Shown here piece by piece: positions 13,731 to 27,271 of a stretch of 64,000 nucleotides of DNA. Position numbers and translations under genes: made by a program. The notes below the pieces were generated by a model. It had not been told where the DNA came from. It was given only the letters and a program-made list of their open reading frames with translations, and made no database searches. Each line of letters starts with the position of its first letter. The first letter of the stretch is position 1. This DNA comes from Lama glama (taxonomy: Eukaryota): positions 12,278,001 to 12,342,000 of the forward strand of contig CM052818.1 in NCBI GenBank assembly GCA_028534125.1. Direction: 5' to 3'.

Positions 13731-14610
13731 GTCTTATATGGGTTTCTGGACCCAAATCCAGTGTGTGTGTGTGTGTGTGTGTGTGTGTTGGGGTGGGGGC
13801 TTCCCATACAACACCTAGTAATTTTCAGACACCAGTATGGTGTCTGAGAATTCAAATTAGTTCTGACCCTCTACCCAGATAGAGTTAGATTCCACAGAAT
13901 AAGGGCTCAGTCCTACAAGACTTTGGCACCCCACCTCAACCCCTAACACACACACTGCAGATGCCAGTGGCAAGCCCAGGCTGTTGCCTGTGCTTCTGGT
14001 GAAAATTGGAGGTTTTAACGATCCCCTCCAACTGCAGATGCCTATCATAAGTCCGATGTGTTACCTATACTTCCGACCGACTGACTATAAATTAGAGGTT
14101 CCCACAGAACTCCTCCACAGGTTCGATTAATTTGCTAGAGTGGCTCACAGAACTCAGAGAAACATTTTACATACTAGATGACTAATTCATTATAAAAGGA
14201 CACAACCCAAGAACAACTAGATGAAAAAGAAGCATAGCGCAAGGTATGGGGAAAGGGAACCCATGCCTCCTCCATTCTCCCCAAGTCTCAACTCACTCTT
14301 CAAACCCCACCTGATGGGACTTTATGGAGGCTCTATTACATAGCCACGATTGATTAAATCATTGATCATTGGCGATTGATTGAACCTCCATCCCCTCTCC
14401 CCTTGAGAGGTCAAGGGGGATGAGGTTGGTTCTTCTGGTAATCAGCCCCCTTCTTTAGGTGAGCTGTCAACATTCCTAAAGTCGCCTTATTAACATAACA
14501 AAAGATACCTTGATCACTTTCCTTACTTAAAGAATTTTAAGCTTTAGGAGTTCTGTGCCAGAAATGGGATGAAGACCAAATATACATTTATTACAAATCA
14601 CAATATCACA
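13731..14610 (-). mobile_element. MER21-like solo LTR containing a (TG)n tract at 13761-13788
   Basis: Reverse complement begins TGTGATATTGTGATTTG...TTTGGTCTTCATCCC, the MER21 5' end as I recall it; internal ttaatttgctagagtggctcacagaactcag. Left boundary approximate. Confidence 0.85.
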
Positions 14611-14844
14611 AAAAGTGACTTCCTGTTATTAGGGAACTTACAGTGCGAAGTTAATAATCAATAGGCTGGTGAAGAGGCATTCCAGGATGCCTGAGTTGGC
14701 TTTTTCTGGTTAATGTAGTTTACACAATTCTCTCCACTCCATTCTACTGATACTAGCTTATTACTAGTCTTGCAAGTGTTTCGGTTTGAAAGAGTATCAA
14801 TGCCCTAGCATCACAGTGCATTTTAATCACTTAGATCCTTTTCA

Positions 14845-14958
14845 GGAATGCAGATTTTGATTCAGTAGGTTTTGTCTGGGGCCTGAGATTCTGCATTTTT
14901 ATCAAGCTCCCAGGTGAAATCAGTGTGCTAGTTCAGTCTCCTGTTTGAGTGGCAAAGT
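14845..14958. mobile_element. MER5-family (hAT-Charlie) fragment
   Basis: aatgcagattttgattcagtagg...ggggcctgagattctgcatttttatcaagctcccaggtga. Confidence 0.8.
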
Positions 14959-15211
14959 TTGAAAAATCTTGTATTGACATCTCTAATTCTCCATAAATAA
15001 ATAGGTAAAACACATGAAGTAGTTAAATTACAATACAGTGAAATGGGTAAACATGTTCTGAGGATCAAGTGGAGTCCACTATCTGGACTTTAAAAGATCA
15101 TGATAACTCGTAGATTTAGATTAGGTTAGGGGAGTTCGTTCCAGGAGAAACAGATGCAGTGCTGCTGGTCTTCACCTGCCACCCCTTGTAATAAAGTCTT
15201 TTCTTTTTTCC

Positions 15212-15400
15212 TTTCAACTTTATGGAGATGCAGTTCATATACAATACACATAACCACTTCTTGAGCCTTACGTGGTTGTGAGTTCCCAGTATTAAGAAAT
15301 TGATAAGCATCATTAACGAGTAAACATACTGAGCCACAATCAACCATATGGAACTATACACTTCGCCCGCCACCCAAACTCCTTTTTCAGTAATGATCCC
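15212..15400 (-). mobile_element. Short old L1 3' end fragment
   Basis: T-rich tail followed by caactttatggagatgcagttcatatacaat. Confidence 0.45.
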
Positions 15401-17239
15401 CTTCCCCTGGTGTAAGTTAGCAAGAAATAGGACAGTGCATATCTTAAGAACCTCTTTTGTTGGCTTCCTTTCTGAGAAGGAGGAGTACACAGTTAGCATT
15501 AAGGTTTTCTGGAACTGTTGTCATGGGTTTGGTGACACAACAGGTTGAGAAGAGCCCAGTGGGTCAGATGAGGGATTTGTTTTGAAAGACAAGGGATACA
15601 AGGAGCCAGAGCTGGAGCTGGGGGATGGATTCCCCAATAGATGGACAAGGCCCACAAAGGTGAGAACCACCCCAGAGCTGCATGTTGGTAAACTGAAAGC
15701 CAACTTGGACCTTAAACGCTGACCTCATTCATTGTCTGTGTACAGTGAATTATAACAGTAAATCATGTTCCACGTAGAAAATGTGGAAGTGATATAAAAC
15801 CATTTAAAAAGTCTACGATATGCTTATAAGAAGGATTCACGCCTGCTGTTTTTTATTTTTGCAATCTTTTGTGTACTTTATTTGCTTAATATAACTAAAG
15901 TTAAAAATAAAATAAAAATATGATATATCATAATATTATAATAACACTACTGCATAAGAATATATCACCTTTATCACCATATCAATCCATAGTTAGTTTT
16001 TTAAATTTACCCTCTTTTTTTTGCTGAGAATTTTAGAAATTAAATGTTATGAAACATAGGACCCTGTAAGATCTGAAGGTAATGACGTATATGATAACTG
16101 TGAGTTATCTAGATCTAGAGAGAGCAGTGCAAGGCTTTAGGTTTTTGTGTTTCATTTCTGCCAAAGACTATTTGGGGAGAAGCAGGGAGACGCAGCTTAG
16201 GGCAGTGTTTGCCTGCTAGCCCAGATTTCACCGATAGGCTTGCCCCCATTTCTGCCCTGTCTGGGAACTCAGACACAGCTTTGTATTTGATATAAAATGT
16301 TTAAACTCTGCTTGAGTACTATTGCATTAGAAGAGTGGTTCATAGTTTTCTTTCCTCAGACTAGCAAATATCATATGGAGTCCAGACAAAGTTGACCAAC
16401 ATGTCTAAAAAGAACAGCCATCCCTAACCAATACTTTGAGCACTTATTCTCCTAGATTATTAGCTGCAAAGGTAACATAATCCTTCTGGATGTATTTGTC
16501 ATGTTTAGATTTTTGGCCATCCATGAAGATGAATTGTTGCTATTATTTATGGTTATTGATGTTAAAGGAAAATGCTACTTTATAAACTCTGAACCTTTTC
16601 TTATATTTTACAGTTTTATAACTAAAATTTTTGAGAGGCCAACGCTAGGTTAATGATCAAACCATTAAAGCATGACTCTATGGGGCGCCTTGCCTCTTAT
16701 AAAGATATTTAGTACTAAATATATAAGGTTCCCTTTTGCGAAGCACCAAAAGGGTCATTTTCAAGTGAGAAACCTTTTTAATCTCAATTTTGCCGTCTGA
16801 GAATCACTTTAAGTGTTGCCCAGTTCAAGGGCATGCATTATAGCCAACCCAAAGTAATATAATTCACACTCTTTCTCTAATATTAGAGTGTATATTCTTT
16901 TCTTTGAAAAAAGTGTATACAATATAGCTGATGACATATAGCTCCCCGTACCGGCTTTACCACTGATGAGAGATTACTGGACAGATTTTTGGAATGCGTG
17001 CTCTCAGAGAGCACCTGGAAAGATGATTGTATCCTCTCAGTGCCTTTGATTGCCTAGGAAGTTGGTGTGTAGAGTGGAGAGTCACCATGTCTGTCTACTT
17101 CAGAGAAATGTTCATAGTACTTTTGTTTCTCAAGACATTACTCCTATGCCTAATAGAGTTTTTCCTGTGCCAGTGGGAGTTCACCATTATTTACTTAGAT
17201 AATGCACAGATTTCTTTCGATCTTTTTTTTTCTTCTTTC

Positions 17240-17393
17240 TTTTATGGGAACACCCTCATACTCATTCATATAGGTATTGTCTATGGCTGCTTTTGCACTA
17301 AAAAGACAGTTTAGCTGTTGAGATGTAGACCGTATGGATTGTAAAGCCTATAATATGTACAATCTGGCTTTTTACAGAAAAATACCGACCCTT
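17240..17393. mobile_element. MER58-family (hAT-Charlie) fragment
   Basis: tattgtctatggctgctttt...agaccgtatgg...aaagccta...tttacagaaaa...ccgaccc. Confidence 0.8.
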
Positions 17394-18149
17394 GGTATTG
17401 AGGGATGGTGTAGAGGAGTGATTATTGGGCCATCTACTCCTTCACCCATTCAACCAATATTCATCTGGCAAATATTTGGGGATTTATTATATGAGCCAGT
17501 GGAAAGAAAAGAGAATCTTGACTATCCTTCTAATAATATATTGACTAGATACCCTGAACCATGATGCCAGTGAAAACATTTCAATTTAAAGGTAAAATAA
17601 AAATTTCAAATTGCATTGCAGAGCTAGCAAGACAGTTTGGTTTCCTCAGAGTCCAAAAATAATGTGATGGTGGGAATCCAGAAAGGCAGGCTAGTACTAA
17701 AGCTGATCTTTGTCTAGGAGGCCTTTGCACAACTAGTGGTCCTGATCTTTGATTTGAATGTTTTTGCAAAGTGCATGGGACTGAAACAAATCTACTGCCC
17801 ACATAAGGAAGGAGGTCTTTGAGAGCCAATTGCAGGGCTCTGGTAACCTACACTTACAGTTTAAGAGTGAATTAGAAATAAACTTTCAAAAACAGGAGGA
17901 ATTTTCTATACAAACTTTGATGAGAGGTGGGAGGACATCTCTGAGACTTCATAGCACAAGCTGGGCTCATTTGGACTGGAATTAATATATCCTTTGTGGA
18001 AAAACAAACCAAACAAATAGGAAAACCTCATGCAAAGAATTTATTTTAAAATAGGACCTCATTTAATGGCCTGGGACTTCATGGAGGTAAACAGAAGTCC
18101 ACTTTGAAGGAAATTACCTTCAACTCAAGACTAAAAGAATTCTGAAAGG

Positions 18150-21100
18150 TAAACTTACAAGGGAGGAGATTGCATAAGCAAAAATTAAAATTCATACACA
18201 AACGCAAGGAAATAAATCACCATGAAGGAGAGCCAACAGAAGCAAGGCATAGCAATATTAAGTCTGAAAAGATTTCAGATAATGAATTTATACAAATATA
18301 AAATAAAAAAATTATACAAATATGTTTAAAATTAAAAGATGGGTAGGTAAATATGAAAAAGAACTATAAAATGATGAATGAGATTTGAAACATGACATTA
18401 ACAGTATAATCACAATTATAAAAAAATTTCAAGAGATGATAAAAGAAGTATTAGGGAACTGGAATATCTGAGGAAACTATCCAGAATGTTGGCACAGGAA
18501 GACAAAGGGTTAAAAAATACAGAAGATGTGTAATAAGGGGAAAAGTACCACATATTTCTAACTGAATTCCCAGAAGAGAAAAATAGAATGGAAAGAGGCA
18601 TGGCTTAGAGAAATAATGGTAAAGAGTATCCAGAATTGATGGAAATCACTTATTTTCAGATATAGAAGTCTCAAAGATAAATAAAATTAAATACAAACCT
18701 AGAAGCCCCAAACTAGAACCTGCAGAACACCGATGTACAGGAAGTGTATAAAAAGGCACTCAGTGAGTAAAAACAGTTGACACACATAGGAAAGGTGATT
18801 TGACTGCATTGAAATTGCAATCAACAATGGAAGGTGAAAGAAAGTATGGAATTGTGCCTTTAAACTACATTCAGAAAATAACCATCTAGAATCATATATC
18901 TAGAAAACTTTTCAAAAACGTTAAGAAAATTTTGGAAAAATGAGCTGAGAGAGTTTACCACCAACAGTCCCTTCCCAAAGGGAAGTCTAAAATAGGTCCT
19001 TTAGGAAGGAGATCGATCACATTTGAAAAGTCTAAGAAATTCTGTGTGGAAAAATCTAAACAAACAGGGCCTATATAGTACAAGTCAAATTTGAAGGGAT
19101 AACTAACTGAAATATTATTATCAAAATAGTATTTGTCTGGACGAAGTGATTGGAGTTAAAATATTCCAGGGTTCTTACAGAGTTTTGGAAGAATTTTAAA
19201 AGATTGGCTATCTTCAGGCTTTAAATTAAGTATACTTCTTAAAATTAATAAGGCAACCACTAAAAAATAAAATACATGTGTAGCTCTCAAATGATTATAG
19301 AGAAAATTAAAGCACGGGAAATATCAATTAATACCAAAAATCAGTCTAAAAGTCAAATAGGTTAAAAAAAAAAGAACAGAAAAAAAGGGATAAATAGGAA
19401 GCACACCAACTAAAAGAATGTATATGTAATTATAACCTGGATAAACTAAACTTTCAGTTAAAAGACAAAATGGATTGAATGCATCTGAAAAATGATTAGA
19501 GAATGAAAAAAATCATCAGTTTTAAAAAGATAATAATAGGACATTAGTAACATTTCTTTGCTGCCAAACTTGAGACAACATTAAATTCCTAACATAAATT
19601 ACCAAAAAAAAGAAAAAACCAAAATAGAACATACAAACGCTCTATATCCATTAAAAATTGTATCAGTAGTTACTTTCTCAAAAATCACCAGTACCCCATC
19701 ATTTTGTTTAAATATTTCACTAAAGGTTTAAGCAACTGAAAATTCCAGTTTTATTCTTTCAGATGAGAGAAAAAACACTCTACTACTTAACTTATATTTT
19801 TGAGACAACAATGTTTAAAAAAAAATTGTAGACCAATTTCACCAAGAACTTAAAAAATTTATAGTATTAGTGGAATGAATCATGTAATGAATAAACATTA
19901 TATGGTAAGCAAATTTGTTTTAATAGGAATGTAAGATTGGCACAGGATCAGAAAACAATAGGTCATCATATTGATCTGAAAACTTCCCTGACACAATTTA
20001 ATAGGAAATAATGATAAAATTTCTTAGCAAAGAAGATGAAGAAAGAAACTTTCTCAACTAGACAGAATTTCTGGAAAAAAACAAAACAAAACAAAACAGC
20101 ACTCTATTTAGTGGTGAAATTTAGAAAGCTTTATCGTCATTTTTTGGTCAGGGGTAAGGACCTGGACAATGTGATTTTAAAATGTGTGTGAAAATCAAGG
20201 ACAAGAAGAGCCAAGATATCCCTGTAGAGGAAGGACAAGGTTGGAGGACATGCCCCACCAGATATTAATTCTTATTATGAAGTTAGATTAAGATATTTGT
20301 TGTTTAACAAGTTTAGACAAATAGACCAACTCCTTGTCAATCTGGGAAAAAAGAAATATTTTCCTTAATCTTACTCCTGTGTCATACCATATACAAAGAT
20401 CAGTTCTGTGCATTAAAAAATTTAATTTTGAAAAGAAACTTCTAATATTTTAAAAAATGATACAGGGGAATATATTTAAGCCCTTGGTTTAGGAAAGATT
20501 TCTTAATGAAAAAACAGAATTAGCAAACTACAAAGGCAAATTTTATTTCACAAAAATCATGAAAATCAATAGATGTTAGAAAAGTGAAAATAGACCAAAA
20601 GTGGGAAGAATGTACTAAAAACATGTATGCATTGGCAAAGGATAGTGTCCATAATATACAAAGATATTCTACAAATTTATTTTTAAAATCCAAATAATGC
20701 CAAAGAAAAGATGGACAAATGACTTGAATTTGTACTTCTCATTAAATGATGCATGACTTGCAAGTAAACAAAAGGAAAGATGTTTGACTTTATTAGCAGT
20801 CATGAAAATACATATTGAAATGAAAATGAGATAGCATTCACAGTCACCAGATTGGTAAGAGTTAAAAAAAAATATATATATATATATATCTTGTGTTGGT
20901 AGGAATGTGGAGCAGTAGGAACTCTCATCCACTGTATTTGGGAATGAAAATGGTTAAAACAGTTAAAACCGCTTTAGAAATCAATCTGTATTATATAATA
21001 AAGTGGAACATGCAAATTTCCTATTATGGAGCAGTATGTACCCAAAAGATACGCTGTATGTGTGCACCTGAATACAGGTAAAAGGACATGCACAGATACC

Positions 21101-21330
21101 TTGTTTATAATAGCAAGAAAGTAGAAAGTATCCCAGATGTCCATTGACAGTGGAATGGATAAATGAATTTTGATATTTTCATGAAATGCAGTATAGTACA
21201 GCAGTGCAAATGAATATGCTACAACTACATTCATCATCACAATTAAATCTAAAAAGCATAATATCAAATGGACAAACCAAAGCATAAATTGTGTCCAATA
21301 TGGTTTCACTTAAAATACATAAAATGCAAA
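18150..21330 (+). mobile_element. Long degraded L1 (ORF1 to 3' UTR remnants, L1M/L1ME-like)
   Basis: Very A-rich; ORF1-like gaggaaactatccagaatg and gaaataatgg...ccagaattgatg; 3' motifs tgttggtaggaatgtggagc and cccagatgtccattgacagtggaatggataaat. No intact ORF. Confidence 0.75.
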
Positions 21331-21344
21331 CCCAAACAATCCTC

Positions 21345-21692
21345 AGAGAAATTCAAACCAAAATCAGAAGAGATGTCACCTTACCCCTGTTAGAATGGCT
21401 ATCATCAAAAAGGCAAAATAACAAGTGTTTGTGAAGATATGGAGAAAAGATTACCTTTTGTACAACATGATGACTATAGTTAAATATTATATACTTGAAA
21501 GTTGCTAAGAGAGTAGATCTTAAACATTCTCACCACACATACAAAAATTGGTAACTAAGATGATGGCTTTGTTAACTACCCTTGTTGTGGTAAGCATTTT
21601 GCATCATACACATATATCAGATCATCACACCGTATACCTTAAACTTACACAATGCTATTATATGTTGATTATATCTCAATAAAGCCGGAAAA
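21345..21692 (+). mobile_element. L1MA/MB-type 3' end with internal deletion
   Basis: cctgttagaatggctatcatcaaaaagg (ORF2 end) is joined directly to 3' UTR ttgaaagttgctaagagagtagatcttaaacattctcaccac...tatatctcaataaagc. Confidence 0.85.
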
Positions 21693-22716
21693 ATATAAGA
21701 CAAAATAAAAAGGGGAAAACTGACTAAGAATTAATGAATGTATCTCCTTAATACTAGAATGATATTTTTCTGTTAGCCGGCATAGTCACAGGGTTCCATG
21801 AAGTGAGGCCCTGCGGTAACAATTACTTGTATTCTTTAACTTCAGTTCTTTTAATTTCTCAGAATGTTAGACATGGTAAGACGAATAAGGAATCTAGTTG
21901 TTTGTTAACTGTTTGAATGTCATCAGAGGATTTTTTTTACAATAGCAATTTATTCTAATTTTAATATTCCCTGGATAATGTTGAAATAAACCATGTCTGT
22001 ATAATTTAGCCTTAGATAAAAGCATCAGCATGTTTGGAACATAAACCTAATTCTGTTTTTGTTGAGCTGCCCAATTTAGTAAAAGCATTTCAATAGTACT
22101 TCTTAAATGCAGTATAACTTAGAATACTAGAAGCTGCCCAGAATGTGAAAAAAGGGGAATAATTTATATTTAATTGGTCTAAACCTACCTTCCCTAGGTC
22201 AATAAGAAGAGGAACCAGCAGCATTAATCAAGATAAAATTATCAGCTGATTAATCAGTGTTCTAATTATGGCATAGTTCTTTACCTTTTCAGTTTTAATT
22301 ACTAAACCTCATTGTCTTTTCCATATGGCTAACATGTACTCACAGTGCACCTTTTCTCCTATTGAAATCATTAAGACAAAAATATACATTCCTGACATTA
22401 AAACATCAAATGTAAGAAATTGCTATTGCCTCTTAAGAATTTCCCCCAAAAGTATAAATAAACCACGAGATTGTTTAAGAAAAGAATGATAAATTCATGG
22501 ATACTTAAGTGGGCAATTATTTAACTATGATTATGAAACTAAGCTTTGTGAGTCTGTGGGTCTTACTACTCCTGTTTCATCAAGTAAGTTTGTGTAAATT
22601 TGGTCTGAATCCAATGGCAGTTAAATATAAATTAGGAAAATACTTAAGAGATTTAAAAAATTATTTGTTTTGGTGAAGGCCTGAATGTTTCTTTTCTGAT
22701 ACGTTGACTCCACTGC

Positions 22717-22933
22717 CTGGTTTCGCACCCTTGGCACTATTAACATTTGGGAGCTGTGGTTCTCTGTTGCTGGGGGCTGCCCTGTGCACTGTAGGTTCCT
22801 GCCTCTATCCACTAGATGCCAGTAGCAACAACTCTTGAGCGCCCAACCATTGCTTTTTGACAAGCAAACATGTCTCCAGACATTGACAAATGTCCCCTGG
22901 GGGGCAAAATCATTCCCCCATTGAGAACTACTG
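22717..22933. mobile_element. MER20 (hAT-Charlie)
   Basis: ggcactattaacatttgg...ctgccctgtgcactgtagg...ccactagatgccagtagc...tgtctccagacattgacaaatgtcccctgggggg...ttgagaactactg. Confidence 0.9.
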
Positions 22934-23114
22934 ATTTTACTCTATGGCCACTATTAAAACACCTATTTTAAAACATATGTACTGAATAGTAAGGCACTCT
23001 TGCCAGGTGAGCAGAAGTTTTTCTATAGGTCAAGTATTTTTATGGAAAACTCGTTTGATGTAAAGCTTTTAAAACACTTTGGATGATATGATGGTGATCG
23101 CCATCACAACAACA

Positions 23115-23285
23115 GCAATGAATAATGCTCACTGAGCACATCTGTGTCAGTCACTGTGTGAAGGTATCTACGTGCATTATTTTATTTAATCTTTAAAGTA
23201 GCTTTATGAGGGAAGCCTGAATGTTAGCTATACCCGTTCTTACAAAGTTTAGCCAGCTTAAACAGTGCCCAAGATCACACACCCT
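23115..23285 (-). mobile_element. MIR SINE
   Basis: actgagcac...cactgtg...cattattttatttaatc...gcccaagatcacac. Confidence 0.65.
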
Positions 23286-24744
23286 TCTCAGCAGATTTGA
23301 TAGGACATGATTCAAAATAACTGTCCTTGAGGAAGATTTTTCATTTTCAGGGAGGTGAGGATTTATCTTTATTTTTTAAATAGCCTAGAATTTTGACTAC
23401 ATTGTCAATTGTGTCAGTCTCTAACCTATTAAGGAAATTAATGTGAAATATTTGGGTTTATTTAAACATTACATGAGGATTATCTTAAAAGTCCAAAGTG
23501 AACTTTTTTGGATTTTAACTAAAAAGACAGTTATGAGGATGATTATAATGAAACAAACATTGTGATTATTTAATTATAATTGAGAGATGGTTTTCTCTAA
23601 AATGAAAGTTATTTTCTCAGCAAGTCTTCCTCCCTTTTTATAGCCCTTTCTCCCTCTATTCTTATCCTTTTTTCCTTCTCTCCCTTTTTCCTTGCTTTTC
23701 TGTTCTTTATCAGATACCATATTGTCTCCATGGTGCGTTATGAATGCTTGAAACTGGAAAACCATTGAGTTTAGCCACCACTTGTAACTAAATGACCTGA
23801 GTGCTGATTAATTCCATTTACATGGTCCTAAGGTGCAAATGTGAATACTGATGTGGCAGGGACTTAATTGTATTTTTTAGCTACCTCATTCAGTTCTAAG
23901 TGTTTTCCCCACCTATGGAGGCTTAACATTCTGTTTCTCCTACTACATATTGTTAAAATTTTAAATTTTAGATTTGGCATCTTATGTGACATCAAGTCTA
24001 ATATGTCAGTCCTAGACTTTTAATTATTTTTAACTCCCTTCTTCAGAAAAATGTGCTTGGAAAATTGGACTGAACGCACATGACTGCTTCTGTGGGTGTT
24101 TATTCGAGCACCTGAGCCTGTTCCAAGGCACGTGGCATGTTTAGCTACAAGACGCTTAGATGACAGTAGTCATCCTCTACATCTATAGTGATTCAACTGT
24201 GATATCCTCCTTATTACCTTTTAAGTACATCATAAGAAAAATACTTATTGCTATCTTTCTTTGGGGGGAAAAGAAAATTTGCAAAGCCAAGAGATAAATG
24301 AATCTATAATTTTTATATGGTGGTACAGGGATTTTTTTTTTTAAGGTCCTATTCTGTTAACTCTATATAACGTTCTGTGTTCTTTAAGCATAATGCTATT
24401 GAAAAATAAATTGTTTTGTGGTTTAATGAAAATCGTTTGCTGAGCATAGAAGTAGACCAGACCAGTTAGCTTGGTCCCTCATTGTAACAAATTAAAATAC
24501 TGTTCCTAAAATAGTTTGTCAGTCACGGTCAGTCAGCATGTTTTGCAGATGTCTGCTTTGTCATTCTTGACCAGGGTCTTGAATAAAATGTTAGGCTGGG
24601 CAAACATGGCTCAGAGAATAATTGGATGTTACAGGTACATGGAGTCCTTCCATAGTACAGTACTGCTACTCATCAGAGATCATGTTTCCATAACACTTAA
24701 GTAAATATATTTAAGAAACCAGGAAAAAAAAAAAAGTAAAAAAG

Positions 24745-26190
24745 AAAAAGATAGTCACCCAACAGAAAAATTTGTCAAAGAGCAAGAACTGACAGTTCAC
24801 AAAAGAAGAAATACAAATTCAAGTTTAAGGAAAACATGCTGAATCCTATTGATAAGCAAAATATTGCAAAGTAAACCACAATCAGTTTCTTAATTTTGGT
24901 AAATTAACAGAAATGTTTAAAACAATAATAACCCACATTGGGATGAACATTAGTTATAACTTTCCTGGAGAGCAGTAAGTTGTGCAATATGTGTGGTAAT
25001 GTAAATTTCTAAATGTAAATTTACTTTGGCTCAAATATTTAATTTTTAGGAATTTTTCTTACATAATGTGCACATAGATGTGAACAAATACTAAACTGTA
25101 ATATTTTAGCTGTTGTATGTTATTTATATTGGCAAAACTATTAGAATTAGAATATCACCATTTTATAATACTGATTAAGAGACCTAGGTGTTGATAAATC
25201 AGTGGTTGCTAACATCAGTAAAAGACAGATAGTTCAATATTATGTACCACCTGATGGCAGCACACCATACCACTTTACCACCTATGAAATATTAGTGCCA
25301 AAACATGGACCCTCAGTAGGTGTAAGTACCTATTTCTAGGAAATATAGTTGATAAAGGAACATGTTAAATGACACTGATCATAACGCAATCAGCAAAATC
25401 CAGGACCCAAGAAATACTCTAAATCTGTGGAATTATTTTTCCTGTTTTTCCCCTAACGTAAGTTGCAAGTGAATTAAAAAGAAAAGAGATGGAGAGGAAT
25501 CTAATGATTAAAAGAGACATACTGACCATTTGCAGTGTGCGGACTTATTTGGGTGTTGATTTGAGCAATTTGGAGGGGGGAGAAAGGAAAGGAAGGAAGC
25601 AGGGGATATCAAGGATTTGTGAACACTGGGTATTTGATGATATGAAAGAATTATTATTAATTTTTTGAGGTATGATAACAGTATATTGGTTGTTTTTTTA
25701 AAAAGTTCTTTTAAAGGTTAAGTTGGGAATGGGTGAGTGTATAGATGAAATAAGACTGACCATGAGTTGATAATGGTTGAAGCTGGGTCATGGATACATT
25801 TTGGTTCAATATATCAATCTTGCTTAAAAACAACAACATCCCTAAATGTTTAACCATATAAGTTCTATTAAATAATTTATGGTATATCCAGGAAATAAAA
25901 TAACAGACAGCCACTAAAATGATCTTTCTATTGTATATTACATAGAATATTTGAGAATATTCAGGGTTTCAAAATGTTCATAAAATATTAATAAAAGTAA
26001 AAAGATTACAAAGCAGCTTGCAGAGAATTATCACATTTAAATTCCTAGAATGGAAATAAAGACCCCAAATTAGTACTAATTATTGCTGAGTGAGAGGATT
26101 ATAGGTGATTTTAATTTTTTTCTTTGTGCTTTTTTGTGTATTATAAAAATTCCTGTAATATGCATATATTTGGTTATCAGGTTTATAATT
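24745..26190 (+). mobile_element. Old L1 3' fragments (L1MC-like segment within an L1ME-like copy)
   Basis: gacagttcacaaaagaagaaatacaaa; caatcagcaaaatccag; gaaataagactgaccatgagttgataatggttgaagctgggt; aataaattt-like 3' motifs. Nesting is inferred. Confidence 0.65.
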
Positions 26191-27037
26191 TCATTAAAAA
26201 TGAGGAAAAAGACAAATATACTTTAGAAAACTATTCTCCATAAATGATGAAAACCAAAATTTTATATATTCTATATGAGTAAGTTTTTAAAAATATAAAC
26301 AAAGCACTACTTCATGGTTATGTTATAAAATTATGTATTAATATCACTTGGCTGGGAGAAGTCAAGGAAGATGTTTTGTTGTTTATATCTTGTTTAAGGA
26401 AGCAGAGAAGTGTAAAATTGTTTTTTTCTTTTTAATGAGAAAAGATCAAGGAGAAGGAGCCTAACATAACAGAATACCTGGATGAAGCTATAAACATTAT
26501 TCTTGCAATCCTCAATACAAACTCTCGAGGTTTACTTACATAGGTTTCTGTTTTATAGGTGAGGAAATAGAGACATAAAGTTCGGCAGCATGTAACTTCG
26601 AGCTAAGGTCAATGTCCTGGCGCTGTGTGGAAATCTGACCCTTTTGTTAGGATGTGTATTTCCTCAGGGTCAAAATATAATGATATTTTGGTATTCTATG
26701 ATATGAAAGCAAAAAAAAAAAGTCATACAATCTATTCTTTTGATACTTGTTGTCCAGTTTCCAAAATATTCTCATCAAAGGGACTAAAATAAAGTTTGAA
26801 ACTTAACATTTCTTGATTTAGGAAGAAATGAAGTGGTAAACAATAGCTCAGTCCACAGTGCTGCCTGAGAAACTGTGTGATCCCATCCCTTTCCTCCTGA
26901 GTTTCCTGGATAGGTGCATCGTTGAGAGAGGTCGAGTGTGCACAGGACATCTGAAGGGGCTAAGGATCACCTAGCTCTATACTCTTACCCAGTGTAACAG
27001 CACAGATTCTTTGATGCCACCAATTAAGATACTCATC

Positions 27038-27271
27038 TTTTACATGAGGCTGTCCAGTTTTCCCAGCACCACTCATTGAAGAGACTGTCTTTTCTCCATT
27101 GTGTATTCTTGCTTCCTTTGTCATTGACTAATTGACCATAGTGCATGGGTTTATTTCTGGGCTTTCTATCCTGTTCCATCAGTCTATGTGTGTGTCTGTT
27201 TTTGTGCCAGTATCATACTGTTTTAATTACTGTTAGCTTTCAGTATAGTCTGAAGTCAGGGAGCTTAATTC
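27038..27271 (-). mobile_element. Inverted 5' segment of a twin-primed L1
   Basis: Antisense L1 ORF2: tgtccagttttcccagcaccac...ttgaagagactgtc...tatagtctgaagtcagggagc. Confidence 0.9.

Noticed and set aside
16705..16722. Perfect 18-bp palindrome ATATTTAGTACTAAATAT
   Set aside because: Almost all A/T; one such palindrome in 64 kb of AT-rich DNA is plausible by chance.
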